Shown: piece after piece, positions 32,553 through 42,561 of the stretch
How the letters are laid out: the number at the start of each line of letters is the position of its first letter
Numbering within the stretch: position 1 is the first letter of the stretch
DNA from: an uncultured Gammaproteobacteria bacterium
GTDB lineage: Bacteria; Pseudomonadota; Gammaproteobacteria; SZUA-229
Direction of reading: 5' to 3'
DNA length: 64,000 nt
Assembly: GCA_937998645.1 (NCBI GenBank)
Contig: CALLCZ010000037.1
Span: 19,287 to 83,286, forward strand
The notes under the pieces: generated by a model
Seen by the model: only the letters and a program-made list of their open reading frames with translations
Databases searched by the model: none
What the model was told of the DNA's origin: nothing
Translations under genes and position numbers: made by a program

Positions 32553-32635
32553 ATGCTGCAGTGCACAAAATTTTGCTTGACATGACCCTCATGATGACTT
32601 ATGCTGCAACGCAACAATGCTGCAATGCAGCAAAG
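32553..32635 (+). promoter_or_regulatory. phaP promoter (-35 TTGACA 32577-82, 17-nt spacer, -10 TATGCT 32600-05) overlapped by three ATGCTGCAnyGCA PhaR-type boxes
   Basis: Boxes at 32553-66, 32601-15 and the near-perfect palindrome TGCTGCAATGCAGCA at 32618-32. Confidence 0.6.
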
Positions 32636-32671
32636 TTCTTTCAATACAACCAGTATGATGAGGAATAGACC

Positions 32672-33037
32672 ATGCAAAAAGAAATATACAATACTTTCAA
32701 TGAATTAGGGCAGACCGCCTACGAGGCAGCCATGAAGATGGGTGAGGTTAACCTGCGCGCCGGCGAGAAATTGCTCGAGCAGCAGTTCGCTTTGACCGGC
32801 GCATTGCTGGAAACCGGCAGCAAGAACCTGGAATTGATGAGCCAGGCCAGGACGCCGCAGGAAATGCTAAACGGCCAGGCCAAACTCATTCAGGACTGTG
32901 GTCAGCAGTGGCTGAACAGCTGCCGCGGTACCGTCGAAATCGTAACTGAGGCACGTAATGCTGCTGGCGAGCTCGTTGAAGAGAACGTCAAGGCTGCCAA
33001 CGAAAAAGTCAAACAGGCTGCCAGCAAGGCCGCTTAA
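32672..33037 (+). CDS. phaP: phasin (PHA granule-associated protein)
   Basis: 121-aa Ala/Glu/Lys-rich helical protein immediately downstream of phaR with PhaR boxes in its promoter. Confidence 0.8.
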   Translation: MQKEIYNTFNELGQTAYEAAMKMGEVNLRAGEKLLEQQFALTGALLETGSKNLELMSQARTPQEMLNGQAKLIQDCGQQWLNSCRGTVEIVTEARNAAGELVEENVKAANEKVKQAASKAA

Positions 33038-33066
33038 ACAGTTTCCTCCCTTCCCTTGAGGTGCTA

Positions 33067-33100
33067 GGCCGGAGTTCTTCTGAGCTCCGGCCCTTTTTTA
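33067..33100 (+). terminator. rho-independent terminator of phaP
   Basis: GGCCGGAG-ttcttctgag-CTCCGGCC followed by CTTTTTT. Confidence 0.75.
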
Positions 33101-33401
33101 AGAGATGAGCGCCGGATGCTTGTGAAGGGCGAGTGTATTATTTGATCGAACGGCATCCGTTTGCAGCGAACAGGGAAATTGCAATGTGCATACTGGATGA
33201 TGCCCGGGTGCCGGACGATACAATTTAATAATTGAATGGAATCAGGGAAAGCCACTCACAAGATAGTCAACACACGCTGATAAAGAATTCTAATGCTCTG
33301 ATTCACTATCACCCTGAGGAGGCGAACAATGCCTGCACAGGCAAGTATCCAGTATTACAGATCTCTGGATTATGAAATACACCCATCTATTTCATCTGGA
33401 T

Positions 33402-33818
33402 TTAAATTGTTTTTTCTTTCATCCGGGCGTCAAACTTGTCTTTAATGATAATAAACCGCTCGTGTTGCCCTCTGGAAATCAGATCGACGCCATCGTGCGC
33501 CTCAACCTTGAATGTCAGTTTCCTTCCATCAACCGCTATCAACTCGACATTCGCCGTAACTTCCAGGCCTGGTGGCGTTGCTGCTTCATGACTAACGTCA
33601 ATATGTGTACCAACCGACTGCTCTGTTGGCCAGTCAATGTGCGGCTTTACAGCCATGATACAGGCCCACTCAAGAAAGCCGACCATAAAACCCGTGGCAA
33701 ACACCTCCGGCATTGCCAGAAACTCTTCAGACTCAGGGTATAGCGAAGGCACCGTCTTGGATGGCGGCACAACAAATTTATGTTCGTATTTGATACCTGG
33801 CTTGAGTGATTCTTTCAT
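33402..33818 (-). CDS. hotdog-fold acyl-CoA thioesterase, FlK-like family
   Basis: YEHKFVVPPSKTV...YPESEEF...EVFATGFMVGFLEWACI...SHEAATPPGLEVT matches the FlK thioesterase-family pattern. Confidence 0.75.
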   Translation of the reverse strand: MKESLKPGIKYEHKFVVPPSKTVPSLYPESEEFLAMPEVFATGFMVGFLEWACIMAVKPHIDWPTEQSVGTHIDVSHEAATPPGLEVTANVELIAVDGRKLTFKVEAHDGVDLISRGQHERFIIIKDKFDARMKEKTI

Positions 33819-34171
33819 GGTCTGCTCCGGTTACAGAAAAGGGGACGTAGCTAATATTTTTTAACCAATGCGATATATTGGTCAATATTTGATCCCTCTG
33901 AAGATCATGTGCTGAGCCTCGTGTAGCTCACTCCTACAGGAGTGCTGATCTGGTTATTCTCAACCACCCAGAAACTGCAGGAGACGGTTATCTCACTCTA
34001 CTGCGCGATTGACCTTCATTCAACCAATAATGTCCCTGCCATTATCGATAATGATGACAGGATACTTTTTCAAAACAGAATAACGGGATTAATTCTTTCA
34101 TCGTTGAAGACTAAACAAACGGTCGAGTTGTGATTGATTTTCTGTTTGCACTAGAAATCATCGGGTCAGGG

Positions 34172-34609
34172 TCAATCTCCGAATGGTTTTTGCTCTGACC
34201 CCGAATTAATCTTGTCCTTGATGTATTGTGCATACCGGGTGTCCTCCTCAATGATGTGGTTAATCAGCCATTCCTGGGAGATCTCCAAAGCACGGTCAGC
34301 CAGATGCTGGCTTGGGCCGAACAGCTCCAGTTCATCAATCATGCCATCCAGCACTTCAAGGAACTCGGTATGGAGATTTTTGTGTTGATCGAGATGTGGA
34401 TATGCATGTTTTGCCATATAGCCTTCTTCTGTCTGAAAATGCCGATTGGCATAGTCACGCAGAAACTCCACGCTCTCTTCGACCATCTTCTCTCCCTCAC
34501 AATTCAGAATGGCGTCATACAGGCGATGGCTTGCTTCGAAGAAACCTTTGTGTTGTTCATCGATTGCCTGTATGCCGAGCGAGTAGTCGTCAGACCATGT
34601 TTTCAACAT
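34172..34609 (-). CDS. bacteriohemerythrin
   Basis: Hemerythrin metal-ligand pattern: H..HxxxE ... H ... HxxxH ... D. Confidence 0.85.
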   Translation of the reverse strand: MLKTWSDDYSLGIQAIDEQHKGFFEASHRLYDAILNCEGEKMVEESVEFLRDYANRHFQTEEGYMAKHAYPHLDQHKNLHTEFLEVLDGMIDELELFGPSQHLADRALEISQEWLINHIIEEDTRYAQYIKDKINSGSEQKPFGD

Positions 34610-34683
34610 GATGTCCGTCCTGTGATATGTATGAATTGATCATTAGCAAAGGTGTGTAACCAGCGTCTGTTCCATTAAGGCTT

Positions 34684-36333
34684 TTATTCCTCGCGTAAAA
34701 TGGCCAGGGCCTGATCATTCTGAGCATCGGTCATGAATGGGACGCCGGTTACATCCTCTGTCTCACGATTGGCTGAAAGCAGATCACTGCGCTGCAACTG
34801 GTCAATCGAGAACTTGCGTGCTCCCGCCATAAACTGCTGCAGCCCACAGCTGAGTTTGTCGGCATAGCCATACATGGCCACCGCACCATAGGGAATATTC
34901 TCCATCTCGTTATCACCCACCTTGTCCCGCACCGACTCCCAACCGGCAAAGATCTCCTCAGGCTTGTTGCCAAGACCATTAACGGTAGAAGGTAATTTTT
35001 CCCAGTGACCCGCAAGCTCGGCGCGTCGCTCGGGCTTGAACACGCCTTCGATGTTGCTACCCAGAAAACCCGGAATCATGGGTGCTCTTCCCATGCATAC
35101 CAGCCTGGTGTACGGTGCACCCAACGCAAGCGCCTTGAATATGTGATCCTCGCGTGCAAAACCGCCCGCAAAAGAGATATCCGGCGGCGTGATACCACGT
35201 TCCTCCAGAATCTTGCAATATTCATAGGTCCTGGCGTGCAGCGCCAGCGATGGAATACCCCAATGCTCCATCATGTTCCATGGGCTCATACCGGTCCCAC
35301 CGCCGGAACCATCAACGGTCAGTAAATCCAGCCTGGCATCAGCGGCGTAACGTATCGCCATCGCCAGGGCCTCCATACCGTAGGAGCCGGTTTTAAGAGA
35401 AATCCGTTTAAAGCCCAGTTGTCTGAGTCGGGAAACTTCGCCCATAAAGGACTCACGCACCTGATCGGTATTGCTCAGGTCGGTAGCACCGAGGCGGCTG
35501 TGACGTGCAAAGCTGGTAATGGCACCATTCTCAAAAGCCTTGATCACCGTCGGATCGGTTGGATCCGGATCGACAAGATAACCTCGATCCTTCAGATAGC
35601 GCGCATAGCCGATGTCTGTGACCTGAATCTCGCCGCCAATATCCTTGGCGCCCTGGCCCCATTTCAGTTCGATGATGACCTTGTCGCCGTATTTGTCGAT
35701 GACATACTCTGCCACACCGTTGCGGGTGTCCTCCACATTCATCTGAACGAAGATGGCGCCGTAGCCGTCGTAATAGCGAAGATAAGTCTCGATGCGCCGG
35801 TCCAGCTCGGGGGCTGAGCGGGTCATGCCGCCCTTGATGACTGCAGCTTCGTCTATGCCCACCACATTCTCACCAATGACAATAGGAAAGCCACACAGGG
35901 CGGCACCGATTGCAAAGGAGTTCCAGTATTTAGTGGCAATCGGGGTGGAACCAAGGGCGCCGGTCATGATGGGCAAACGGCTGTCCGTCTGTAGCTCATT
36001 ACCAAAACGGGTTGAGATATCCACGTTGGTGAAAATGCGGTCATCCGGGTCGGTCGAGAGTTTATCCTCGAGTCCCTGGGCACCGTAAGGATAACCGGCA
36101 ATACGCAGGGCGTGATAGCCGATACCGGCTGCGGAGACATTGGCCGAACCGGATGTTATATTGCCGAATTCTCGCGGATACAGCAGCTTTCTTCCCAGCA
36201 GAGAAGACAGCCAGGTTTCGCATTTCCCTTTGCAGTCAGCCGTGCATAAAGTGCAGAGCCCTGAATCACATGGATTACCGCGATTGGTCGTCCCCAGTGC
36301 ATCATTCTGTTTTACTGGCATGTGCATGCCCAT
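34684..36333 (-). CDS. glutamate-synthase-related FMN-dependent oxidoreductase (GltB domain-2-like) with N-terminal Cys cluster
   Basis: CDSGLCTLCTADCKGKC plus the GltS FMN-domain pattern (GSGGGTG, LHARTYEY). Confidence 0.8.
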   Translation of the reverse strand: MGMHMPVKQNDALGTTNRGNPCDSGLCTLCTADCKGKCETWLSSLLGRKLLYPREFGNITSGSANVSAAGIGYHALRIAGYPYGAQGLEDKLSTDPDDRIFTNVDISTRFGNELQTDSRLPIMTGALGSTPIATKYWNSFAIGAALCGFPIVIGENVVGIDEAAVIKGGMTRSAPELDRRIETYLRYYDGYGAIFVQMNVEDTRNGVAEYVIDKYGDKVIIELKWGQGAKDIGGEIQVTDIGYARYLKDRGYLVDPDPTDPTVIKAFENGAITSFARHSRLGATDLSNTDQVRESFMGEVSRLRQLGFKRISLKTGSYGMEALAMAIRYAADARLDLLTVDGSGGGTGMSPWNMMEHWGIPSLALHARTYEYCKILEERGITPPDISFAGGFAREDHIFKALALGAPYTRLVCMGRAPMIPGFLGSNIEGVFKPERRAELAGHWEKLPSTVNGLGNKPEEIFAGWESVRDKVGDNEMENIPYGAVAMYGYADKLSCGLQQFMAGARKFSIDQLQRSDLLSANRETEDVTGVPFMTDAQNDQALAILREE

Positions 36334-36686
36334 CTCCTCCGAGGTTATAGAAGTGGTACTGTTCGTTGATTAATCTAACCACTTTAGAATAATTGGGGTC
36401 AGAGTAAAAACTATTTCAGAGATATTGTTAATAGCGGGGTCAGGCTGAAGTGTCTTCTAATATTAGAAATGAGTTGTATCTGAACCTGTTTGTATTACAG
36501 TATTCGTCTACAAGCTCGTGGGAAACGCCGGGAACGCACGACGCAGTCTCAAAAAGGGGCAGGCCCGGCATGCGCGAGGCGTCTCCTGTATGAAAAAACA
36601 ACAAGAGGACGAAGGGGGTATATATTGATCAAGCCTTCCAGCGGGTTAAACAATAACTCCTTCGCTGCGTTTTTTCTAAATTAATC

Positions 36687-37397
36687 ATGTTCGATGAAGA
36701 TAACTGGCAAGCTGCGCTGGAAAGCGGATTTGAGCTACAAAGTTCAGGGACTACCGGCGAGCCTAAACGCATCTTTCAGACACCGGCGAAGTTACTGGCA
36801 GCCAACAAGCTTGCTGTCGCCGCACAGAACATAACAGCACAAAGCCGGATATTAACTGTCTGCCGTATGACACATGCCGGTGGTCTGCTGGCGCAAACCC
36901 TGCCGGCATGGAGTGTGCATGCATATGTCGAGATACAGCCGTTTAACGCCTTTACTTTCTGGCGGGATATAAAAGGTTACACGCACACCCATCTCACTCC
37001 AATGCATTGCAAGTTGTTGATGCAGACCAAAAACTTTAACGCCCTGGATCTGGCGGGTGTGTTCGTTGCCTGTGGTAGTGACAATGTTACATTTGAAATC
37101 ATCGAGGCATTTGTCGAACGAGGCGCCGTGTTTATGTGTAACTGGGGTATGACCGAGATCGGCCCTGTCACTATCAATACGGTTTTTGACACGCTGGATA
37201 AAGTAAAACAGTATCGACAACAGGCCCTGGCTGATGGCACATTAATGGGCGACCGCTATTTTTGTGAATACAAAATTATTGATGATGAACTCTGGGTGCG
37301 GGGTGATGCCTGTGTTTATGAAGACTGGTTTAATACGCACGATCTGGTTGCGCTCAATGAGCGGGGCGCCATGTACCATCTGGGGCGACGTCAATAA
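36687..37397 (+). pseudogene. ANL-superfamily (AMP-binding) adenylation-domain central fragment, probable gene remnant
   Basis: Contains SSGTTGEPK (A3), NWGMTEIGP (A5) and VRGDAC (A7) but lacks the ~180-aa N-terminal region and the C-terminal subdomain. The reading frame opens only 30 nt upstream of the ATG; no RBS. Confidence 0.45.
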
Positions 37398-37784
37398 TCA
37401 TGCACTCAGGCTGGACTGAATCCACACTGCTTTTATCTTATCTTAAGATAAATTCACCCTGCGGAGGTACGGCTTGCGAGGTAAGCCGCCGGGCAGGACC
37501 TGCACAGGAAAAAAGGCTCAGGGAACAATTGTTTTTACTATAAGAAGACTGGAAGATTAGAGTTAATTTCTCTCTGACCCGGATTACTATGGTGCTGGCG
37601 ATAGTCGAAAGGGTGTAATGTAATAAGCAGATTAATAAACCGGGTCAGAGAACAATGGTTTCTAATGGTAGAGAATATTGTTTTTGGAACCTGATTGCTT
37701 TGTTAAACCAATCCAGCCCCTTTATATGAAAGAGTTATGCGAGCGGTGGAAAAATAGACTATATAGAACATAAGGGTACATACA

Positions 37785-38159
37785 ATGAATAATAATAATA
37801 AGCGAAGCAGTATCCGCAAACCAGTTGATCTCGATGTCGATGTATACCGCTTCGACGAACATCTGGGGCGTACCCGGACCAGAGACATCAGCCTCGATGG
37901 CGCCTTCATCAAAAGTTGCTCAACAGAGCTTTGTTCGAATGATATGCTGGAACTGCATATTCATTTGCACGATGATGAAAGAGACCCCCTGCGTTTGAAG
38001 GCCACGGTAGTCAGATCATCTGATACAGGCGTTGGTGTTCAGTTCGATTATGGTGATATGGAATACAGACGGCTGCTGAACATCATCTCCACGTATGCAG
38101 CTGATGGTAACAAGCTTAAGATACCTGGTTTCTGGTATGTGAATAGCTCAGTCAACTAA
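37785..38159 (+). CDS. PilZ-domain c-di-GMP-binding protein (paralog 1)
   Basis: RSSIRKPV (RxxxR) and DISLDGAF (DxSxxG). Confidence 0.8.
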   Translation: MNNNNKRSSIRKPVDLDVDVYRFDEHLGRTRTRDISLDGAFIKSCSTELCSNDMLELHIHLHDDERDPLRLKATVVRSSDTGVGVQFDYGDMEYRRLLNIISTYAADGNKLKIPGFWYVNSSVN

Positions 38160-38373
38160 GAAGAAAGACGGGGTGCTTCAGAGAGATTTTTTAAGCTACC
38201 TTCTTGTGGTAAATATTTAATCCCTCGACCCCAGTACCAGATATCGTCTATGTCTCTCAGTTGTCATTATTGGCGGTATAACTGCATTGTGGTTATTGAT
38301 CTTGTTATTTAACATAAGCCGTTAGTCTTGCTGTCCCCAGGTATCAACACTCATCAAATGATGTGTTATCGTC

Positions 38374-38988
38374 GTGATTATGTCGAATCATTCAATTAAA
38401 GCCGTATTACTCGATTATGGTGGCGTTATTGCCGATGAGGGTTTTCAGAACAGCCTGCGCGCCATGGCGCGTGAACAAGGGATCGATGAAGACACGATGA
38501 TGAATGTCGCCAGAAGCGCGGTGTACGATTCCGGATTTATTCTGGGGTGGGGCACCGAGGATAAATTCTGGAAATGGATGCGCGAAGGTTCCGGATTGAA
38601 AGGTAGTGACACTGAATTAACAAAACGCGTTCTGGACGGGTTTGTACTGCGCCCCTGGATGATAGAGTGGGTGCAGGAATTAAATGCACAGGGGTATATA
38701 ACCGGCATACTCAGTGATCAGTCGCACTGGCTGGACTGGCTGAATGAACGAGATCATTTTTTTCAGTTTTTTGATCATGTTTTCAATAGCTATTACATGG
38801 GGGAAGGTAAACGTAATCCGGCTTTGTTTGCCGATATCACCGAACAGCTGGCACTGTCGCCCAACGAAATTTTGCTTGTGGATGACATGAAAAGTAACGT
38901 GACACGTGCCCAGGCGGCAGGCTGGCAAATCATTCACTATGTGGACAAGGTGGATTTTCTGCAAAAGATTGACAAACTATTGATATGA
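38374..38988 (+). CDS. HAD-superfamily hydrolase
   Basis: LLDYGGVI N-terminal motif and C-terminal LLVDD. Confidence 0.75.
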   Translation: MIMSNHSIKAVLLDYGGVIADEGFQNSLRAMAREQGIDEDTMMNVARSAVYDSGFILGWGTEDKFWKWMREGSGLKGSDTELTKRVLDGFVLRPWMIEWVQELNAQGYITGILSDQSHWLDWLNERDHFFQFFDHVFNSYYMGEGKRNPALFADITEQLALSPNEILLVDDMKSNVTRAQAAGWQIIHYVDKVDFLQKIDKLLI

Positions 38989-39083
38989 CCGGGCGCTGCA
39001 AAGAAGAATCAAAAGGTCAGTGTGAAGCGCTCTTTTATCGCGATAATTGTGATAATTATCTGCATAAAGCTTAATATGAAATT

Positions 39084-39989
39084 ATGAATGCCAAGTTGAA
39101 GATTGGTCTGGCACTGGGAAGTGGTTCGTCCCGGGGATGGTCACACATCGGCATTATCAATGAGCTGTCAACGCTCGGAATCCAGCCGGATATCGTCTGC
39201 GGTACTTCGGTTGGCGCAATGGTTGGTGCTGCGTATGCTGCAGGCAAGGTCGAAAAGCTTGGGTCATGGGCCTGTTCGGTAACAAAGTTCGATGTAGCCA
39301 GATTTCTCGATATCAATGCCTCGTTTACGGGCTTTGTACATACAGAAAGGTTTCATAAATACCTGAATGAATACATAGCCGGTGATGAAGACCTGATCGA
39401 AGATCTTCCCAAGGTCTATGCTGCCATTTCAACTGATCTCGATACGGGCAGGGAAGTCTGGTTACAGAAAGGATCCGTGATACAGGCTGTATGGTCATCG
39501 ATGGCGCTACCCGGTCTTTTTCCTGCTATCAGGTACAACAACCGTTGGCTGGTTGATGGCGGACTGGTCAACCCGGTACCGGTTTCTGTTTGCCGCGCAC
39601 TCGGCGCTGATATCGTTATTGCAGTCAATTTAAACGGTGATATCGTCGGTAAACGCCTCAATAAAACTGTGGCAAAAAACGGAAGTAGTGTTAGCGGGAA
39701 ATTATCAGAACTGGTAAAGGAGTATACAAGCCTGTCATTGTTCGAACCCGCCAACACGGAACAACCGCCCAGCCTGCTGGATGCGATAGCCGCCTCGGTC
39801 AACATCACGCAGGACAGAGTAACCAGAAGCCGCCTGGCAGGCGAACCTCCCGACATCGTATTTTCTCCAAAATTATCAAATATCGGTCTTTTAGAATTAT
39901 ATCGCGCCGAAGAAGCGATAGAAGAAGGCCATAAATGCGTGCAAAGAATGGCTCACGAAATCGAGTACGTGCTTGGAAGAGCTAAATAA
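39084..39989 (+). CDS. patatin-like phospholipase (RssA-like)
   Basis: GLALGSGSSRGWSHIG oxyanion hole, GTSVGA nucleophile elbow, DGG catalytic Asp. Confidence 0.9.
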   Translation: MNAKLKIGLALGSGSSRGWSHIGIINELSTLGIQPDIVCGTSVGAMVGAAYAAGKVEKLGSWACSVTKFDVARFLDINASFTGFVHTERFHKYLNEYIAGDEDLIEDLPKVYAAISTDLDTGREVWLQKGSVIQAVWSSMALPGLFPAIRYNNRWLVDGGLVNPVPVSVCRALGADIVIAVNLNGDIVGKRLNKTVAKNGSSVSGKLSELVKEYTSLSLFEPANTEQPPSLLDAIAASVNITQDRVTRSRLAGEPPDIVFSPKLSNIGLLELYRAEEAIEEGHKCVQRMAHEIEYVLGRAK

Positions 39990-40131
39990 TTTATGAACCC
40001 GGAGTGATTTAATCGTGCACGAGTGGGTGGTCGATACTGGCGAAAGGGAATGCTGAAAACAAAAACAGGTGCCGATACTTTTGTATGGGCACCCGTTCAG
40101 TGATTTTTGATCATTTTATTTGCGATTTAAG

Positions 40132-40242
40132 TTAATCGTCCAGTCTGTTTGCGGATTTGCGAGCTCGCATAATAGATACAACAGTTACTATTACAACCAG
40201 CGCTATGACCGCAGCCGAAATAGTGAAAGCATCAATTATCAT
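40132..40242 (-). CDS. hypothetical 36-aa single-TM small protein (MIIDAFTISAAVIALVVIVTVVSIMRARKSANRLDD)
   Basis: Manual translation. GAGGT RBS 6 nt upstream. Below the ORF-track length cutoff. Confidence 0.35.
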   Translation of the reverse strand: MIIDAFTISAAVIALVVIVTVVSIMRARKSANRLDD

Positions 40243-40622
40243 CTTTTTACCTCATGTTACCTTCTATTGTTAATCAAAATATAAGACTATACTAATATAA
40301 TATGGTTCAAAGCTTATAATTGTTAATTTTTTGTAACATGATTGTTGGGCCTAAAGTAAGGTCATATATAACAATATGATAGGGACGTTATTTCGGTTCG
40401 AGAATGATTCTCATCATGGGCATTATCTGCCTCTGATAGCAATCCTGGAATGCCTGGTTATCAGAATGACCCGGGATGTCAACCAGCTCATATACTCACG
40501 CGTTAACATAATAAAGCCTCTGCAGACATTGGTTCCAATGAATGTGATGAGTGGATTAGCGCAAGACACTGGGTCTGCATATCGGCGGGGAATCCACAAG
40601 ACAATGGTTAAAGGTGCAGGTG

Positions 40623-40994
40623 ATGAGTATCGACAAGCGAATCAGCTTCAGAAAACAGCTTAACCTCTACGTAGACATATACAGTTTCGATAAATACCTT
40701 GGGCTCCACCAGACACGGGACATGAACCTTGATGGTGCCTTCATCGATAAGTGCGCCAGAAAGCTTTATCCAGGTGATTTGCTAGAACTGCATTTTCATG
40801 TCCAGGATGGCGAACTAAACCCTCTGCGTCTGAGGGCCACAGTTATCCGATCATCAGATGAGGGCGTCGGTGTTGCTTTCGATTATGATGTCCAGGAATA
40901 CAGACAGTTGCTGAATACAATCTCTACATACGCAAGTGATGGCCATATACGCAGGGTACCCGGCTTCTGGTATCTTGATAGTTCGGTGAACTAG
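40623..40994 (+). CDS. PilZ-domain protein (paralog 2; ~60% identical to 37785-38159, same C-terminal FWY.DSSVN)
   Basis: RISFRKQL and DMNLDGAF. AAGGTG RBS 6 nt before the ATG at 40623. Confidence 0.8.
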   Translation: MSIDKRISFRKQLNLYVDIYSFDKYLGLHQTRDMNLDGAFIDKCARKLYPGDLLELHFHVQDGELNPLRLRATVIRSSDEGVGVAFDYDVQEYRQLLNTISTYASDGHIRRVPGFWYLDSSVN

Positions 40995-41042
40995 CCGGCT
41001 CATGAAAAAAGCGGTACTGCCTTAGCAAATTACATATCATTT

Positions 41043-41083
41043 CTGCGTTCTCTGCGCCTCCGCGAGAAAACAGGATGTTAAAC
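41043..41083 (+). repeat. 42-bp REP-like dispersed element CTCTGCGTTYTCYGCGCCTCnGCGAGAA..CAGGATGTTAAA (copy 1 of 4)
   Basis: Homologous copies at 50666-50708 (+), 53161-53206 (inverted) and 55447-55490 (+). Confidence 0.7.
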
Positions 41084-41259
41084 CTCCAGCATCTGCCGGT
41101 TTATTGGCCAGGTGAAATCTTGCAGCTGACTTCCCCCGGTATCGTACGCCGGTTGATTATGAAACAATGCGTGCTGTTGCTTAACTCAAGTGTGTATGAA
41201 ATTGAGAGTTTCATCGCGCACCCTTTTATTGAATTGAGCTATTTAAATAGCAAGAAGCC

Positions 41260-42135
41260 ATGCCTGTCCTGTTGTACTTTATCGTCTATCTGTGTGTGGT
41301 CATGCTCTTGACTGCGTTGTTTTATTACCCGGTATTCCAGGTAATCGATGCCGCCTGGGATATCAGGCCTGACCGGGTCTTCAGCCGGCTGGTCCTGGTT
41401 ATCGCTGCACTGGGTTTCTGGCCCTTCCTCAAGTTACAGGGTATCAATAACCGCTACGCGCTGGGTTATTCACTGGATAGCAGGCATTTTCTGCAAACCG
41501 TCACCCGTGGACTGCTAATCGGCATTATGATCATGACCGTCCATGCCTTACTGCTGATTCTGCTTGGGGCCCGTGTACCGGTACCCGGCGCTATACAGCT
41601 CAACGACGTGTTGTATGCGCTGATGTCCGGCTTGATCTCCGGAATACTCGTGGCCTTTATTGAAGAGAGTTTTTTTCGTGGAGCGATGCATTATGGCATG
41701 CGCCGTCGCAGTTCCATGTTGACCGCCACCATCACGACGGCGTTGCTGTATGCTGCGGTACACTTTATCCATGCGCCTGTAACAGCAGAGGGAACAATTA
41801 TTGGCTGGCAAAGCGGCTGGGAAATGCTGGCTACCATGTTCCACAGCTATGAAAATTTTGCAGCCATCGCGGACAGCTACACGGCGTTATTCGCAGCAGG
41901 CCTGTTCCTCAGCCTGGTGCGGGAGCGGAACGGGAATATCGCTCTCTGTATAGGTATACATGCGGGCTGGGTGCTGACCATCAAACTGGTCAAGGAAGTG
42001 ACTAACGCGGCTACCGATACGCCCGCTGCCTTACTGATCGGCAGCTATGACAGTATCATTGGCTGGGCAGCTGCAGCAGTGCTTGGTCTGGTGACGCTGT
42101 GGTACTGGCGATATGGATGTGCCAGTCGACCCTGA
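41260..42135 (+). CDS. CPBP-family intramembrane metalloprotease (CAAX protease / Abi-like)
   Basis: EESFFRGAM (EExxxR), YAAVHFIH (FxxxH), GIHAGW (HxxxW). Confidence 0.85.
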   Translation: MPVLLYFIVYLCVVMLLTALFYYPVFQVIDAAWDIRPDRVFSRLVLVIAALGFWPFLKLQGINNRYALGYSLDSRHFLQTVTRGLLIGIMIMTVHALLLILLGARVPVPGAIQLNDVLYALMSGLISGILVAFIEESFFRGAMHYGMRRRSSMLTATITTALLYAAVHFIHAPVTAEGTIIGWQSGWEMLATMFHSYENFAAIADSYTALFAAGLFLSLVRERNGNIALCIGIHAGWVLTIKLVKEVTNAATDTPAALLIGSYDSIIGWAAAAVLGLVTLWYWRYGCASRP

Positions 42136-42561
42136 CTGATAAGAGAAAACGCAGTTAAAGTGTAGTAGTTCATACTTGATCAGACAGTTGCTGTTGGTTT
42201 TTTTATCAAGCCGGTGCCGGAGATTTAGCGACTTATGCTCTCGCAGAGGCGCAGGGCGCGCAGAGATAATATAGACTGGTTTCGAAAAAAATACAGATCT
42301 ATCCTTTGCGTACCTGGCGCCCTGGCGAGAGATGAAAGCCTTTACTCTCGCCAGGGCACAAAGCTCGTAAAGTGTTTACACAAATAGTTGTGAGCCAACC
42401 TCTGCGTTCTCTGCGTCTCTGCGAGAGTGAACTTCTATAGCTTTTTATTTTTACCAGTCCCGACTGTACTGACAAAAAAACATTTTGAATCCTGACTATT
42501 ACAGTTAAAGGGATCTGAGTAACACGCTCCGACCCCTGCAGCTATCACTATACTAAATCAA

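Noticed and set aside
33329-33442. 37-codon ORF with a strong GGAGG RBS at 33329, convergently overlapping the thioesterase 3' end
   Set aside because: It overlaps the stop region of a well-supported gene on the other strand, and its product is low-complexity. Kept only as a possibility.
33372-33743. 123-aa + strand ORF
   Set aside because: Antisense to the FlK-like thioesterase gene.
40376-40663. 95-aa ORF upstream of and overlapping the PilZ-2 start
   Set aside because: No motif or RBS. It overlaps a better-supported start at 40623.
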